Shown here piece after piece: positions 9,584 to 17,980 of a stretch of DNA of 64,000 nt. Origin of the DNA: Candidatus Spongiisocius sp. (GTDB lineage: Bacteria > Actinomycetota > Acidimicrobiia > Spongiisociales > Spongiisociaceae); contig OZ241858.1 in NCBI GenBank assembly GCA_965203035.1, positions 3,091,063 through 3,155,062 of the forward strand. The letters run 5' to 3'. Below the pieces are notes generated by a model. That model was not told the DNA's origin. It saw only the letters and a program-made list of their open reading frames with translations, and ran no database searches. The translations under genes and the position numbers were made by a program. Each line of letters opens with the position of its first letter. Positions within the stretch are counted from its first letter, which is position 1.

Positions 9584-11149
9584 TTGGCCCGCCGCAGGCG
9601 CGCAGGAGGACGGGCCGCCCGGGTGGCGGCGCGCCGGGCCGGCCCCACCGAGGAAGAACGGGCGGTACGGCCCGGCCAGAGCGGCGGCGCCTACCGGCCG
9701 CTGACCGAACCCGACATGGAGCGGGTCTACGACGCGGCTCTCGAACTGATCGAAGACCTGGGCATGGGCGATCCGATACCCGAGTTCACCGAAGCCGTCA
9801 CCGGCGCCGGTGGTCACCTGGACGGCAACAACCGGCTGCACTACCCGCGCTCGGTGGTGAAGCGGGTCGTCGAGGAGGTGGCCGCCAAGGAATGGGTGTG
9901 GCACGGTATCGACGAGGACAAGAGCATCGAGCTCTCGGGGAACAAGGTCCACTACGGAACGGCCGGTGCCGCCGTGCTCATGCTCGACTACCACGAGCGG
10001 ACCTTCCGTCCCAGCACCACCGCCGACCTCTACGACGCCTCCCGTCTGAACAACACGCTGGAGCACATCCACTTCTTCCTGCGCACCATGGTGACCCGGG
10101 ACTTGGAGACCTCACGGGAAGTCGATATCAACACCGCCTACGCCACGATGATGGGAACTGACAAGCCGCAGGGCACCTCCTTCTTCCGCCCGGAGCACGT
10201 CCACGAGGTGGTGGAGATGTACGACCACGTGCTGGGCGGGGAGGGCGAGTTCCGGCGGCGTCCCTTCGTCTGCGCCAACAACACCTTCGTGGTCCCGCCG
10301 CTGCGCTTCGCCTACGAGTCGACCGAAGCGATGGTCGCCCAGATCGAGACAGGAATGCCGATCAACCTGCTCTCGGCCGGTCAGGCCGGCGCCACCTCGC
10401 CCGCAGCTCTCGGTGGATCGCTGGTCCAGGCGCTGGCCGAGTGCCTGGCCGGGCTGACCAGCGTGAACCTGATCTCCCCCGGCCATCCGTGCGTGATGGG
10501 ACTGTGGCCCTTCGTGTCCGACCTGCGAACCGGTGCCATGAGCGGCGGTTCTGGCGAGGAGGCGGTGCTGAACGCCGCCGCCGCGCAGATGGCCAACTGG
10601 CTGGGGCTGCCATCCGGGGTGGCGGCGGGCATGGCCGATTCCAAGCTCCCGGACAACCAGGCGGGATACGAGAAGGGCATCACCACCGTCCTGGCCGGAC
10701 AGGCCGGGGCCAACCTGGTCTACGAGTCGGCGGGGATGCTGGGTTCCCTGCTCGCCTTCTCCCTCGAAGCCCTGGTGATCGACAACGACATGCTCGGGTC
10801 CGCCAACCGCACCATCCGGGGAGTCGACATCGACGACTCCACCCTTTCCATTGACGTGATCCGGGAGACCATCGAGGGCCCGGGCCACTTCCTGGGGAGC
10901 GACCAGACCCTCCACCTGATGCAGCGTGAGTACGTGTACCCGGTGATCGGCGACCGCAACAGCCCTGACGACTGGCGGGAGCTCGGCGCCAAGAACGCGG
11001 CGGAACGGGCTCACGACCACGTCAGGGAAGTTATGCGCACCCACTTCCCCACCCACGTCACCCGCGCCCAGGACGAGTGGATCCGCTCCCACCTCCCGAT
11101 CGCCCTCCCCGTAGAAGAGGTCACCGGCCAAGGCGCCCGCTGGCTATAG
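9584..11149 (+). CDS. MttB-superfamily (trimethylamine methyltransferase family, non-Pyl) methyltransferase, glycine-betaine/quaternary-amine type
   Basis: 521 aa. The Arg-rich N-terminus RRRAGGRAARVAARRAG is typical of non-pyrrolysine MttB homologues such as MtgB. The TIM-barrel region has good coding GC3. It starts 2 nt after the DMGDH stop. Confidence 0.7.
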   Translation: MARRRRAGGRAARVAARRAGPTEEERAVRPGQSGGAYRPLTEPDMERVYDAALELIEDLGMGDPIPEFTEAVTGAGGHLDGNNRLHYPRSVVKRVVEEVAAKEWVWHGIDEDKSIELSGNKVHYGTAGAAVLMLDYHERTFRPSTTADLYDASRLNNTLEHIHFFLRTMVTRDLETSREVDINTAYATMMGTDKPQGTSFFRPEHVHEVVEMYDHVLGGEGEFRRRPFVCANNTFVVPPLRFAYESTEAMVAQIETGMPINLLSAGQAGATSPAALGGSLVQALAECLAGLTSVNLISPGHPCVMGLWPFVSDLRTGAMSGGSGEEAVLNAAAAQMANWLGLPSGVAAGMADSKLPDNQAGYEKGITTVLAGQAGANLVYESAGMLGSLLAFSLEALVIDNDMLGSANRTIRGVDIDDSTLSIDVIRETIEGPGHFLGSDQTLHLMQREYVYPVIGDRNSPDDWRELGAKNAAERAHDHVREVMRTHFPTHVTRAQDEWIRSHLPIALPVEEVTGQGARWL

Positions 11150-11285
11150 CGCCCGGCGTAACTCTCCAGGCACCCGCCCAAATCTACAGGCTATGACCTG
11201 TGGCTTATGTGTCTATTTACAGGCTCTGACTGGTAAGTTATTGAATTACAGACAGGATGTGACCTGTGAGATTTTGGAGACAGCT

Positions 11286-11744
11286 ATGAACCCGGACCGT
11301 CTTGCGATCCGTCGCCAGCTCGACCGAAGGAGTATTCCCCTACGCAGCCTCACCGCTTCACTCACGCCGCATCGGGGGTGGATCCGGGCTATTCGTGACG
11401 CTTTGGGAATGTCAGCATCGGAACTCGGCAAGCGCCTCGGGGTGCGCCAGCAGACGATCCATGACCTAGAAGTCAGCGAGCGCCGCCGCACGATCCAACT
11501 CGACACCCTGGCGCGTGCCGCGGATGCGATGGACTGCGATCTCGTCTATGCCCTGGTGCCCCGTACGTCCTTAGAGGAAAGCGTCCGATCGAGAGCGCGT
11601 CGCAAGGCGGTCTCGCACCTCGGGCCGATAGCTCACCACAGTCGACTGGAGGATCAGGCTGTCAGTGACGAAGAGACCGAGGCCCTGCTGGACGATCTCG
11701 CCGAGCGTTTCATCGACCGGCGCGGCCTCTGGACCGACAACTGA
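11286..11744 (+). CDS. HTH (XRE-like) protein, 'mobile mystery protein A' type
   Basis: GGAGA RBS before ATG 11286. The protein is 152 aa with a helix-turn-helix region (SASELGKRLGVRQQTIHDLE). The track start at 11193 lies in a low-GC repeat region and is unlikely. The gene sits immediately upstream of the Fic gene with a 2-nt gap. Confidence 0.55.
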   Translation: MNPDRLAIRRQLDRRSIPLRSLTASLTPHRGWIRAIRDALGMSASELGKRLGVRQQTIHDLEVSERRRTIQLDTLARAADAMDCDLVYALVPRTSLEESVRSRARRKAVSHLGPIAHHSRLEDQAVSDEETEALLDDLAERFIDRRGLWTDN

Positions 11745-11746
11745 CG

Positions 11747-12334
11747 GTGGTTGACCTCTCGACGCCCGAAGGCGATGGCCATACCGCTCTGTCACACGAG
11801 GATGCGGAAGGTCTCATTCCGACTCACATCGCCACTCGGGTCGATCTCTTCGAAGCCGAACAACGCAACATCGCCGAGGCGCTCCTGCGCCGGCCGCCCG
11901 GCACGGCCGTTCTGCTCGACGACCGGTTCTTGCGCGATCTCCATAAGCACATGTTCGGAAAGGTCTGGACCTGGGCAGGAAAGTACCGGACACGCGAGAC
12001 CAACATCGGCATCAGCCCGGCCGATATCGGCGTAGCTGTACGCTCGTTGGTCGACGATGCTCGTGTGTGGATCGAATACGGTACTTACGAGCCCGACGAG
12101 TCGGCTGTTCGTTTTCACCATCGACTGGTGGCCATACATCCATTCCGGAATGGCAACGGACGCCATGGGAGGGTGGCAGCCGATTACCTGGCGCTTGCGC
12201 TCGGCCGAAAGCGCTTCGTATGGGGAGCCGGACTCGACATCGACACACCTTCGCTGCGGAGCGAGTACCAGACCGCATTACAAGAGGCCGACCGCGGTGA
12301 CATCACCCGCCTGCTGGTCTTCGCTCGCTCCTGA
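11747..12334 (+). CDS. Fic-family protein ('mobile mystery protein B' type)
   Basis: HPFRNGNGRHGR matches the Fic motif HPFx[DE]GNGR. The protein is 195 aa. Confidence 0.8.
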   Translation: MVDLSTPEGDGHTALSHEDAEGLIPTHIATRVDLFEAEQRNIAEALLRRPPGTAVLLDDRFLRDLHKHMFGKVWTWAGKYRTRETNIGISPADIGVAVRSLVDDARVWIEYGTYEPDESAVRFHHRLVAIHPFRNGNGRHGRVAADYLALALGRKRFVWGAGLDIDTPSLRSEYQTALQEADRGDITRLLVFARS

Positions 12335-12587
12335 TCCGCCCTGGATGCTCTCTGGTAGCGCCTACGCGAGCATGATCTCAGACGTAGCCGGAGGATTGGT
12401 TACCATCGAAACTTGATGGGTGCCGAGTCGAGCACGGCGGGAGAGGACAGGATGAGATGCGGTAATACCGGCCGGTCTCTCCCGTGGCACGCATCGCATG
12501 CCCCCGAGCAGCGGGGTCTGGTGAAGCGCTCGACCCGCACCTCGCGACACCGGCTCGGCCGGTAGTTCTCCCTACCTGGTCCGTCGT

Positions 12588-13823
12588 GTGAGTTTCGACA
12601 GCACAGTGCGTCCGCGACCCCCCGGCCTGAGCCGGGGCTTCTATCTCGTGATGAGCCTGGTGGTCTCGCTCGGCCCGATCTCCGTTGACATGTACCTGCC
12701 GGCTCTGCCAGAGATGGCCATGTCTCTGGACGCGTCCGCCGGGTCCACGCAGATGACCGTCACCGCCTTCATATTCGGCCTGATGTTCGGACCGCTGCTC
12801 GCTGGACCGGTGTCGGACGCGATAGGACGCCGCCGGCCGATCATGGCGGCGCTGATCGTCTACTCGCTGGTCAGCCTGCTGATCGCCGGGGTCGGATCGG
12901 TCGAGATGATGATCGCGCTGCGGCCCGTCCAGGCTCTCGGCAGCGGCTCTTCCTTCGCCGTGGCCCGCAGCATGTTCCGCGACGTCCTGTCGGGCGACGA
13001 GCTGGCGAAAGCCATGGCCGTGCTGATGATGATCATGCTCGGCGCGCCCATCGTGGCCCCGTTCCTGGGCAGCCTGCTGCTCCTGGTCGTAGGATGGCGG
13101 GCGATCTTCGTGGTGCTGGCGGTGGTGGGCGCGCTGGCGTTCCTCGCCGTCTGGCGCCGGCTGCCCGAGACCCTTCCCCCGGAGCGCCGCCGCGCGCTGG
13201 ATCTGGCGACCAGCCTGCGCGGGTACAGGTCCATCACGCGGTCGCGAGGGGCGGTCGCCTACGCGGTGGCAGGCGGCTCGTCGGCGGCCGTCCTGTTCGC
13301 CTACCTGGCGGCCTCCCCGTTCATCTTCATCGAGTACTACGGACTCGAAGAGCAATGGTTCAGCGCACTGTTCGCCGTAGGGGTGGTCGGAGCGTGGCTG
13401 TCGCAGGCCGTCAACATCAGGTATGTGGTGAGGATCGGCTACCGGCGGATCGTCCTGATGGGATCGGTGAGCCTGGTGGCGCTGGCGGTGGTCCTCTGGT
13501 GGGTGACGCGAACCGACCTCTGGGGGCTGGCCGGGGTGGTGGCCGTGTCGGCTCTGGCGATTTCCATGACGCATCTAGTGGGGCCGGGCACCCTCACCGG
13601 CGTGCTGGACGGGTTCCCCGAAATAGCGGGTAGCGCCTCGGGCTTCGCCACCTTCGTCCGCTTCGCCATCGGCGGAGCAGGCAGCGCCGCGGTGGCCCTA
13701 TTCAACGACGGCACCCCCCAGACCTTTGGTGTGGTCGCCCTGGCCTTCTCGGCAATCACCCTGGCCGCGGTAGCCCTAGCCCACTCATCACAGACCGCAT
13801 CCGGCAGTATCGACAGTGTTTGA
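12588..13823 (+). CDS. MFS transporter, Bcr/CflA drug-efflux subfamily
   Basis: 411 aa with 12 predicted TM segments. The LGPISVDMYLPALPEMA motif is typical of Bcr-family TM1. Confidence 0.75.
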   Translation: MSFDSTVRPRPPGLSRGFYLVMSLVVSLGPISVDMYLPALPEMAMSLDASAGSTQMTVTAFIFGLMFGPLLAGPVSDAIGRRRPIMAALIVYSLVSLLIAGVGSVEMMIALRPVQALGSGSSFAVARSMFRDVLSGDELAKAMAVLMMIMLGAPIVAPFLGSLLLLVVGWRAIFVVLAVVGALAFLAVWRRLPETLPPERRRALDLATSLRGYRSITRSRGAVAYAVAGGSSAAVLFAYLAASPFIFIEYYGLEEQWFSALFAVGVVGAWLSQAVNIRYVVRIGYRRIVLMGSVSLVALAVVLWWVTRTDLWGLAGVVAVSALAISMTHLVGPGTLTGVLDGFPEIAGSASGFATFVRFAIGGAGSAAVALFNDGTPQTFGVVALAFSAITLAAVALAHSSQTASGSIDSV

Positions 13824-14159
13824 TACTCTCTCCGTTTGGTGGATGCGAAGGACGACGCTGTGAGAGGCGAAGCACAAGCGGAGATCGCGAGCGCTGTCGC
13901 AGACCTCCGCAAGGACATGTTGCGAATGACCCAGTGGATTGCTGGTATCGGGCTGGCAACTCTGGGAGCTGTAGTGGCAATGGGCACCGCGATCTTGGCG
14001 CGCTTGCCGTGACTCTCCAGTAGAGGACAACCTCGACCAACCGGATGTGGCGTGGCGATGAGGGTCAATCGCGAGATGTCGTTTCTTCAACCACCGGTTC
14101 GGAACTCGATCAGAAGCCCGATCGTCCAGCGCAGCCGGTAATAGCCGGCATGATCAGCG

Positions 14160-14780
14160 GTGACTCCTAGCGGATGCGTCCGGAGACTGCTGCCGGCCTT
14201 GGGCGCGGCATTGCTGCTGGCTGGGTGCGGAATCCGGGAACCGCCGGTGGCACAGCAATCCTCGCTACCGCCGTCCACGCGGGCGGCCGTTACCGACCGG
14301 ATCGAGGTCCCGTGCGAGTACACGATCACCGAGTTCTCTCCTCCGGAACCGGACCTGAACACCGTTGATCCTGACTTCGACATCGTCGGCGGAGTAATCG
14401 CTCTACGAACCGCCAAGACCGCCGGGTATGTGGCTCAATTGAGTGCGCACGGCTTATATGACGACCCGACGCTCCGCCTGGCGGCCAAGACGCCACTGCT
14501 CGTCCGGCGTGGTGCCACATTCGAGCTTCGGGTCCCCGATAGTTTCCATGATCGGGTCGCTCTCGATTACGGCCATTCCGGCCCCTCGCTCCGAACCGCA
14601 TTCGGGCCGTGCGAGTCCGAGACGGAGTGGCTGCTCTTCACCGGATACGTGTGGGTGGCAGACCCGGAGTGCATCACCCTGGAGGTCGTATTACCGGACT
14701 CCACGGTCGAGACCCGCCAACTGGCTCTTGGCGCGCCCTGCCCGGACGACATCCGCCACGAGGCGATTCCGGACACCTGA
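14160..14780 (+). CDS. Hypothetical lipoprotein
   Basis: GTG start. The signal peptide with lipobox LLLAGCG is followed by a ~180 aa domain of unknown function. Confidence 0.45.
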   Translation: MTPSGCVRRLLPALGAALLLAGCGIREPPVAQQSSLPPSTRAAVTDRIEVPCEYTITEFSPPEPDLNTVDPDFDIVGGVIALRTAKTAGYVAQLSAHGLYDDPTLRLAAKTPLLVRRGATFELRVPDSFHDRVALDYGHSGPSLRTAFGPCESETEWLLFTGYVWVADPECITLEVVLPDSTVETRQLALGAPCPDDIRHEAIPDT

Positions 14781-14892
14781 CCGGAAGACCTTGAGGCACT
14801 GGACGGTTCCAAGCTGCCACTGACGACTTCGTGACCGTCTAGAACCCGACGACCGCCACCACCCCGAGACTTTGTCGGGTTGCCGGCGCCGG

Positions 14893-15348
14893 TCAGGGGC
14901 TGATCGCCTGTTGGAGCGCCTCCAGGGCGCGGTCGGAGTGGAGGCGCATGTTCAACTCGGAGCGCACGGTCCGTAGCACCGTGCCGTCGCGGTCGATCAC
15001 GAACGTGCGCCGCTTGTCCGGAAGGAAACGCCCCCTCGACACGCCGAAGCTGCGGGCGATGGCCCGGCTCGGGTCAGCGAGCAGCGCGAAGCCCAGGGAA
15101 TTGGCGTCATCGAACTCGAGTTGCCGATCAACCTGATCGGCGCTGATTCCCACGATACTGGCGCCGAGTTCGGCGAACTCTTCCGACAGGTCGCGGAAAT
15201 AACAGCTCTGGCGCGTTCAACCCCGAGTCATCGCCTTTGCGTAGAAATACACCACCACGGGACCTGAATCGAGCAGGTCGCGCAAGGCCAGCGTGTTGCC
15301 ATGCTGGTCCAGCGCCTCGAAGTCGGGCGCCTTGTCTCCCACCTTCAC
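14893..15348 (-). CDS. bcp: Bcp-type peroxiredoxin (thiol peroxidase) with in-frame TGA at the peroxidatic cysteine codon, either selenocysteine or a pseudogene
   Basis: The GGAGGA RBS sits 6 nt before GTG 15348. Translation gives VKVGDKAPDFEALDQHGNTLALRDLLDSGPVVVYFYAKAMTRG*TRQSCYFRD..GISADQ... against the Bcp consensus FYPxxxTPGCTxQxCxFRD. TGA (plus coordinates 15217..15219) occupies the Cp position, and the resolving Cys 5 residues later is intact. The track lists only the C-terminal 86 aa (14893..15153). Confidence 0.55.
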
Positions 15349-15420
15349 GTCTGTCCTCCCTGGGGCCGCTGCTGGCAATCATTATGGCGTTCCAGCCGCC
15401 GCGTGCGGCGGAGTCTCTGC

Positions 15421-16644
15421 TCAGGCCTCCCACAGGGTGGACAGGGGCAAGGCCGTAAGCCGGTCACCGAGAGGAAGCGACAATGCTCCGCCGTAGAGCA
15501 CTACCCCTGCGGCAAAACGATCTCCGAGTCTGTCACGCAGCCAGGCAAGGTGGGCGGCGTGATCCGGACGGGTAGTGGCTGCAGCCTTCACCTCGATTCC
15601 GACCACGCGGCCATCGGGTGTCTCGCACACCAGATCGATCTCCCGCCCGTAACGGTCCCGGAAGTGGAAGAGGTTGACCTCTAGGTCGGACCAGCCCGCC
15701 TGTCGACGCACCTCATTCACTACGAAGGTCTCGAACATCTGGCCGCGGGTCGGGTCGGTGGGTCTGACCAGGGACTCCGGAGCGCTTCCGAGCAGTGCGG
15801 CGGCAAGCCCGGTGTCGGTTACGTAGACCTTGGGATGACGCCTGACACGGACACCCAGATTCGCCGACCAGGTGGGCAACGTCGTGACGAGGCGGGTCAT
15901 TTGCAGATAAGCCAGGTAGTCGGAAGTGGTTTTGATGCTGCCGAGCCCGATCTGGTTGTGGATCGTACTTACCACTAGCTGGTTGGCCGTCCGGGCCGCC
16001 AGCGCCCCGAGCAGGCGCGGTATCTCCCGGGTCCGGCGAGCTCCGGTCAACTCGGCCACATCGCGGGACACGATGGTGTTCACGTAGGCGTCGAACCAGA
16101 TGCGCCGGTTGCGAGAATCCATCGACAGGGGTTCGGGGTAACCACCGATGCAGATGCGGCGGACATATTCGGGAACGGTGACCCCTGATAACGGCCCCGA
16201 CGGCAGGGACCCGGACTCTTTGAACACACGGTCGAGAAAACACTCCTGGCGACCTTCGATCTCGCCCTGAGAGAAGGGTGACAGCTCGAAAATGGCAACC
16301 CGCCCGGCAAGGGACTCGCTGATTCCGGGAACGGTGAGGAAGTCGGCCGATCCCGTCAGTAGGAATCCTCCCGGCACCGGATCCCTGTCTACGGCCATCT
16401 TGATGGCCCGCACCAGGGAGTCGCCCGCCCGCTGGACCTCGTCGATCACGACAGGTCGGCGCAGGCCCGCCAGCAAGCCGACCGGATCATCGCGGGCGAT
16501 CCGCAGCAGGTCGTTGTCGTCAAGTCCCAGAAAGGTTCCGGATGCGGCTATCCGTCGCGCCAGGGTGGTCTTGCCCGTCTGCCGGGCGCCTTGGATCATT
16601 ACCACGCGGAAGGATTCGAGCGCGTGGCGGACCACTGGTTCCAT
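15421..16644 (-). CDS. AAA+ ATPase, DUF4143-type (ATP-binding protein)
   Basis: Walker A is GARQTGKTTLARR and Walker B is VVIDEV. The C-terminal DUF4143-like region is present. The start is taken at internal ATG 16644 (MEPVVRH), and the upstream track extension is low quality. Confidence 0.65.
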   Translation of the reverse strand: MEPVVRHALESFRVVMIQGARQTGKTTLARRIAASGTFLGLDDNDLLRIARDDPVGLLAGLRRPVVIDEVQRAGDSLVRAIKMAVDRDPVPGGFLLTGSADFLTVPGISESLAGRVAIFELSPFSQGEIEGRQECFLDRVFKESGSLPSGPLSGVTVPEYVRRICIGGYPEPLSMDSRNRRIWFDAYVNTIVSRDVAELTGARRTREIPRLLGALAARTANQLVVSTIHNQIGLGSIKTTSDYLAYLQMTRLVTTLPTWSANLGVRVRRHPKVYVTDTGLAAALLGSAPESLVRPTDPTRGQMFETFVVNEVRRQAGWSDLEVNLFHFRDRYGREIDLVCETPDGRVVGIEVKAAATTRPDHAAHLAWLRDRLGDRFAAGVVLYGGALSLPLGDRLTALPLSTLWEA

Positions 16645-17041
16645 GTGCCTGTCTCGAATGATCACAGCCGCTTCCACATCTATTGCGTGTTCTGACCGTA
16701 TTCTATCGCGCGATTTGACGGCGCCGTACTGACAGTTTTGTCTGCCTAGAGACCCGGATGGAGAATCGCCTTCCCGTGCTCCATACCAATGCGCCTTCAC
16801 CGCCCTCTATCGCGCCATCTGATGACCTGGCGATACTTCGGACCTCCAGGGTCTCGCTCTTACTCCCCGAAGGGCGAGTCGGGAATCGCTAGCCCACTAG
16901 GGATGCATCCTCATCACGTCTCGCCTGCGGCGGCAGCGTGAGTGCGCCATAGTCCGGGCCGCGCCGTATCATCCGCGACGGCCGGCGATTAAACGGCCTA
17001 GCCTCCCTGATCCAGGTCCGGCGGAGCGAAGGAGTACCGGC

Positions 17042-17971
17042 ATGAGTGGTGTGATAGTCACGTGTGCGGTGACGGGCTCTTCCCACACACCCACCATGAA
17101 CAGCGACATCCCGGTGACGGTGGAGGACCATATCCGGCAGTCGGTCGATGCCGCCGGGGAGGGCACCGCGGTCATCCACCTCCATGCCCGGGATCCGAAC
17201 GACGGGCGGCCTATCTCCGACCCGGGGGTGTTCAGGGAGTACTGCTCCGGGATCAAGGCGGAGTGCGACGCCGTGATATCGATCACCACCGGAGGTGCCA
17301 CGGGCCAGACCATCGAGGAGCGCCTGCGGGTCATCGAGGTCCTCAAGCCGGAACTCGCCACCTGCAACCTGGGCACCATGAACTACGGCCTCTTCCAGAT
17401 GATCCCCCGCTACGAGGGCCGGTGGAAGCACGACTGGGAGGAACCCTTTCTCGAGAGCACCAAGTGGGACCCGTTTGTCAACACGTTCGGCGATATCGAG
17501 TACATGCTCACGGTGCTCGCCGAGAAGACCGGATGTCGCTTCGAGTTCGAGGCCTACGACATCGGCCACCTCTACACCCTGGCCTATTTCGCGGACCGGG
17601 GCCTGATCGAGCCTCCGATCTTCGTGCAGTTCGTGATGGGCACGTTCGGGGGCATCGGGCCGGACATCGAGAACGTGGTGGCCATGAAGACGGTGGCCAA
17701 CCGGCTGTTCGGACATGACCTCGAGTGGTCGATCCTGGGCGGCGGCCGGTTCCAGTTCGACATCGTCACGGCCGGCGCCACGCTGGGCGGGAACGTGCGG
17801 GTCGGCCTCGAGGACGGCATCTACCTCCGTAAGGGCAAGCTGGCCGAGTCCAACGCCGAGCAGGTCGCGAAGATCGTGCGCATCCTGCGCGAGCTGTCCC
17901 GAGAACCCGCCGATCCGGCCGAGACCCGCCGGCGCCTGGCCCTCAAAGGGCTCGGTCAGGTCGCGTTCTAA
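17042..17971 (+). CDS. BKACE family beta-keto acid cleavage enzyme (3-keto-5-aminohexanoate / 3-dehydrocarnitine cleavage enzyme, DUF849)
   Basis: 309 aa. The N-terminus VIVTCAVTGSSHTP and the ITTGGATGQ motif are characteristic of Kce/BKACE TIM-barrel enzymes. Confidence 0.8.
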   Translation: MSGVIVTCAVTGSSHTPTMNSDIPVTVEDHIRQSVDAAGEGTAVIHLHARDPNDGRPISDPGVFREYCSGIKAECDAVISITTGGATGQTIEERLRVIEVLKPELATCNLGTMNYGLFQMIPRYEGRWKHDWEEPFLESTKWDPFVNTFGDIEYMLTVLAEKTGCRFEFEAYDIGHLYTLAYFADRGLIEPPIFVQFVMGTFGGIGPDIENVVAMKTVANRLFGHDLEWSILGGGRFQFDIVTAGATLGGNVRVGLEDGIYLRKGKLAESNAEQVAKIVRILRELSREPADPAETRRRLALKGLGQVAF

Positions 17972-17980
17972 CGCAGAATC

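Noticed and set aside
7705-9648. 647-aa minus-strand ORF opposite DMGDH. Similar cases are 19963..22218(-) at 751 aa, 16889..18412(-), 12378..13574(-), 10112..11131(-), 39867..41441(+) and 41165..42025(+)
   Set aside because: All are antisense to genes with clear family signatures and have a composition typical of GC-rich non-coding frames (R, G, P, H-rich).
12378-12590. Stem-loop CGGGAGAG-N~30-CTCTCCCG upstream of the Bcr transporter, as a candidate regulatory RNA
   Set aside because: It is a single imperfect hairpin with no recognisable family, and I cannot tell it apart from a terminator of the Fic gene.
15150-15220. Bacterial SECIS element after the in-frame TGA of bcp
   Set aside because: Only a short 5-7 bp stem (TTCCG-N8-CGGAA) is present. 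It lacks the extended helix and apical loop features of fdhF-type SECIS. This leaves Sec incorporation unproven.
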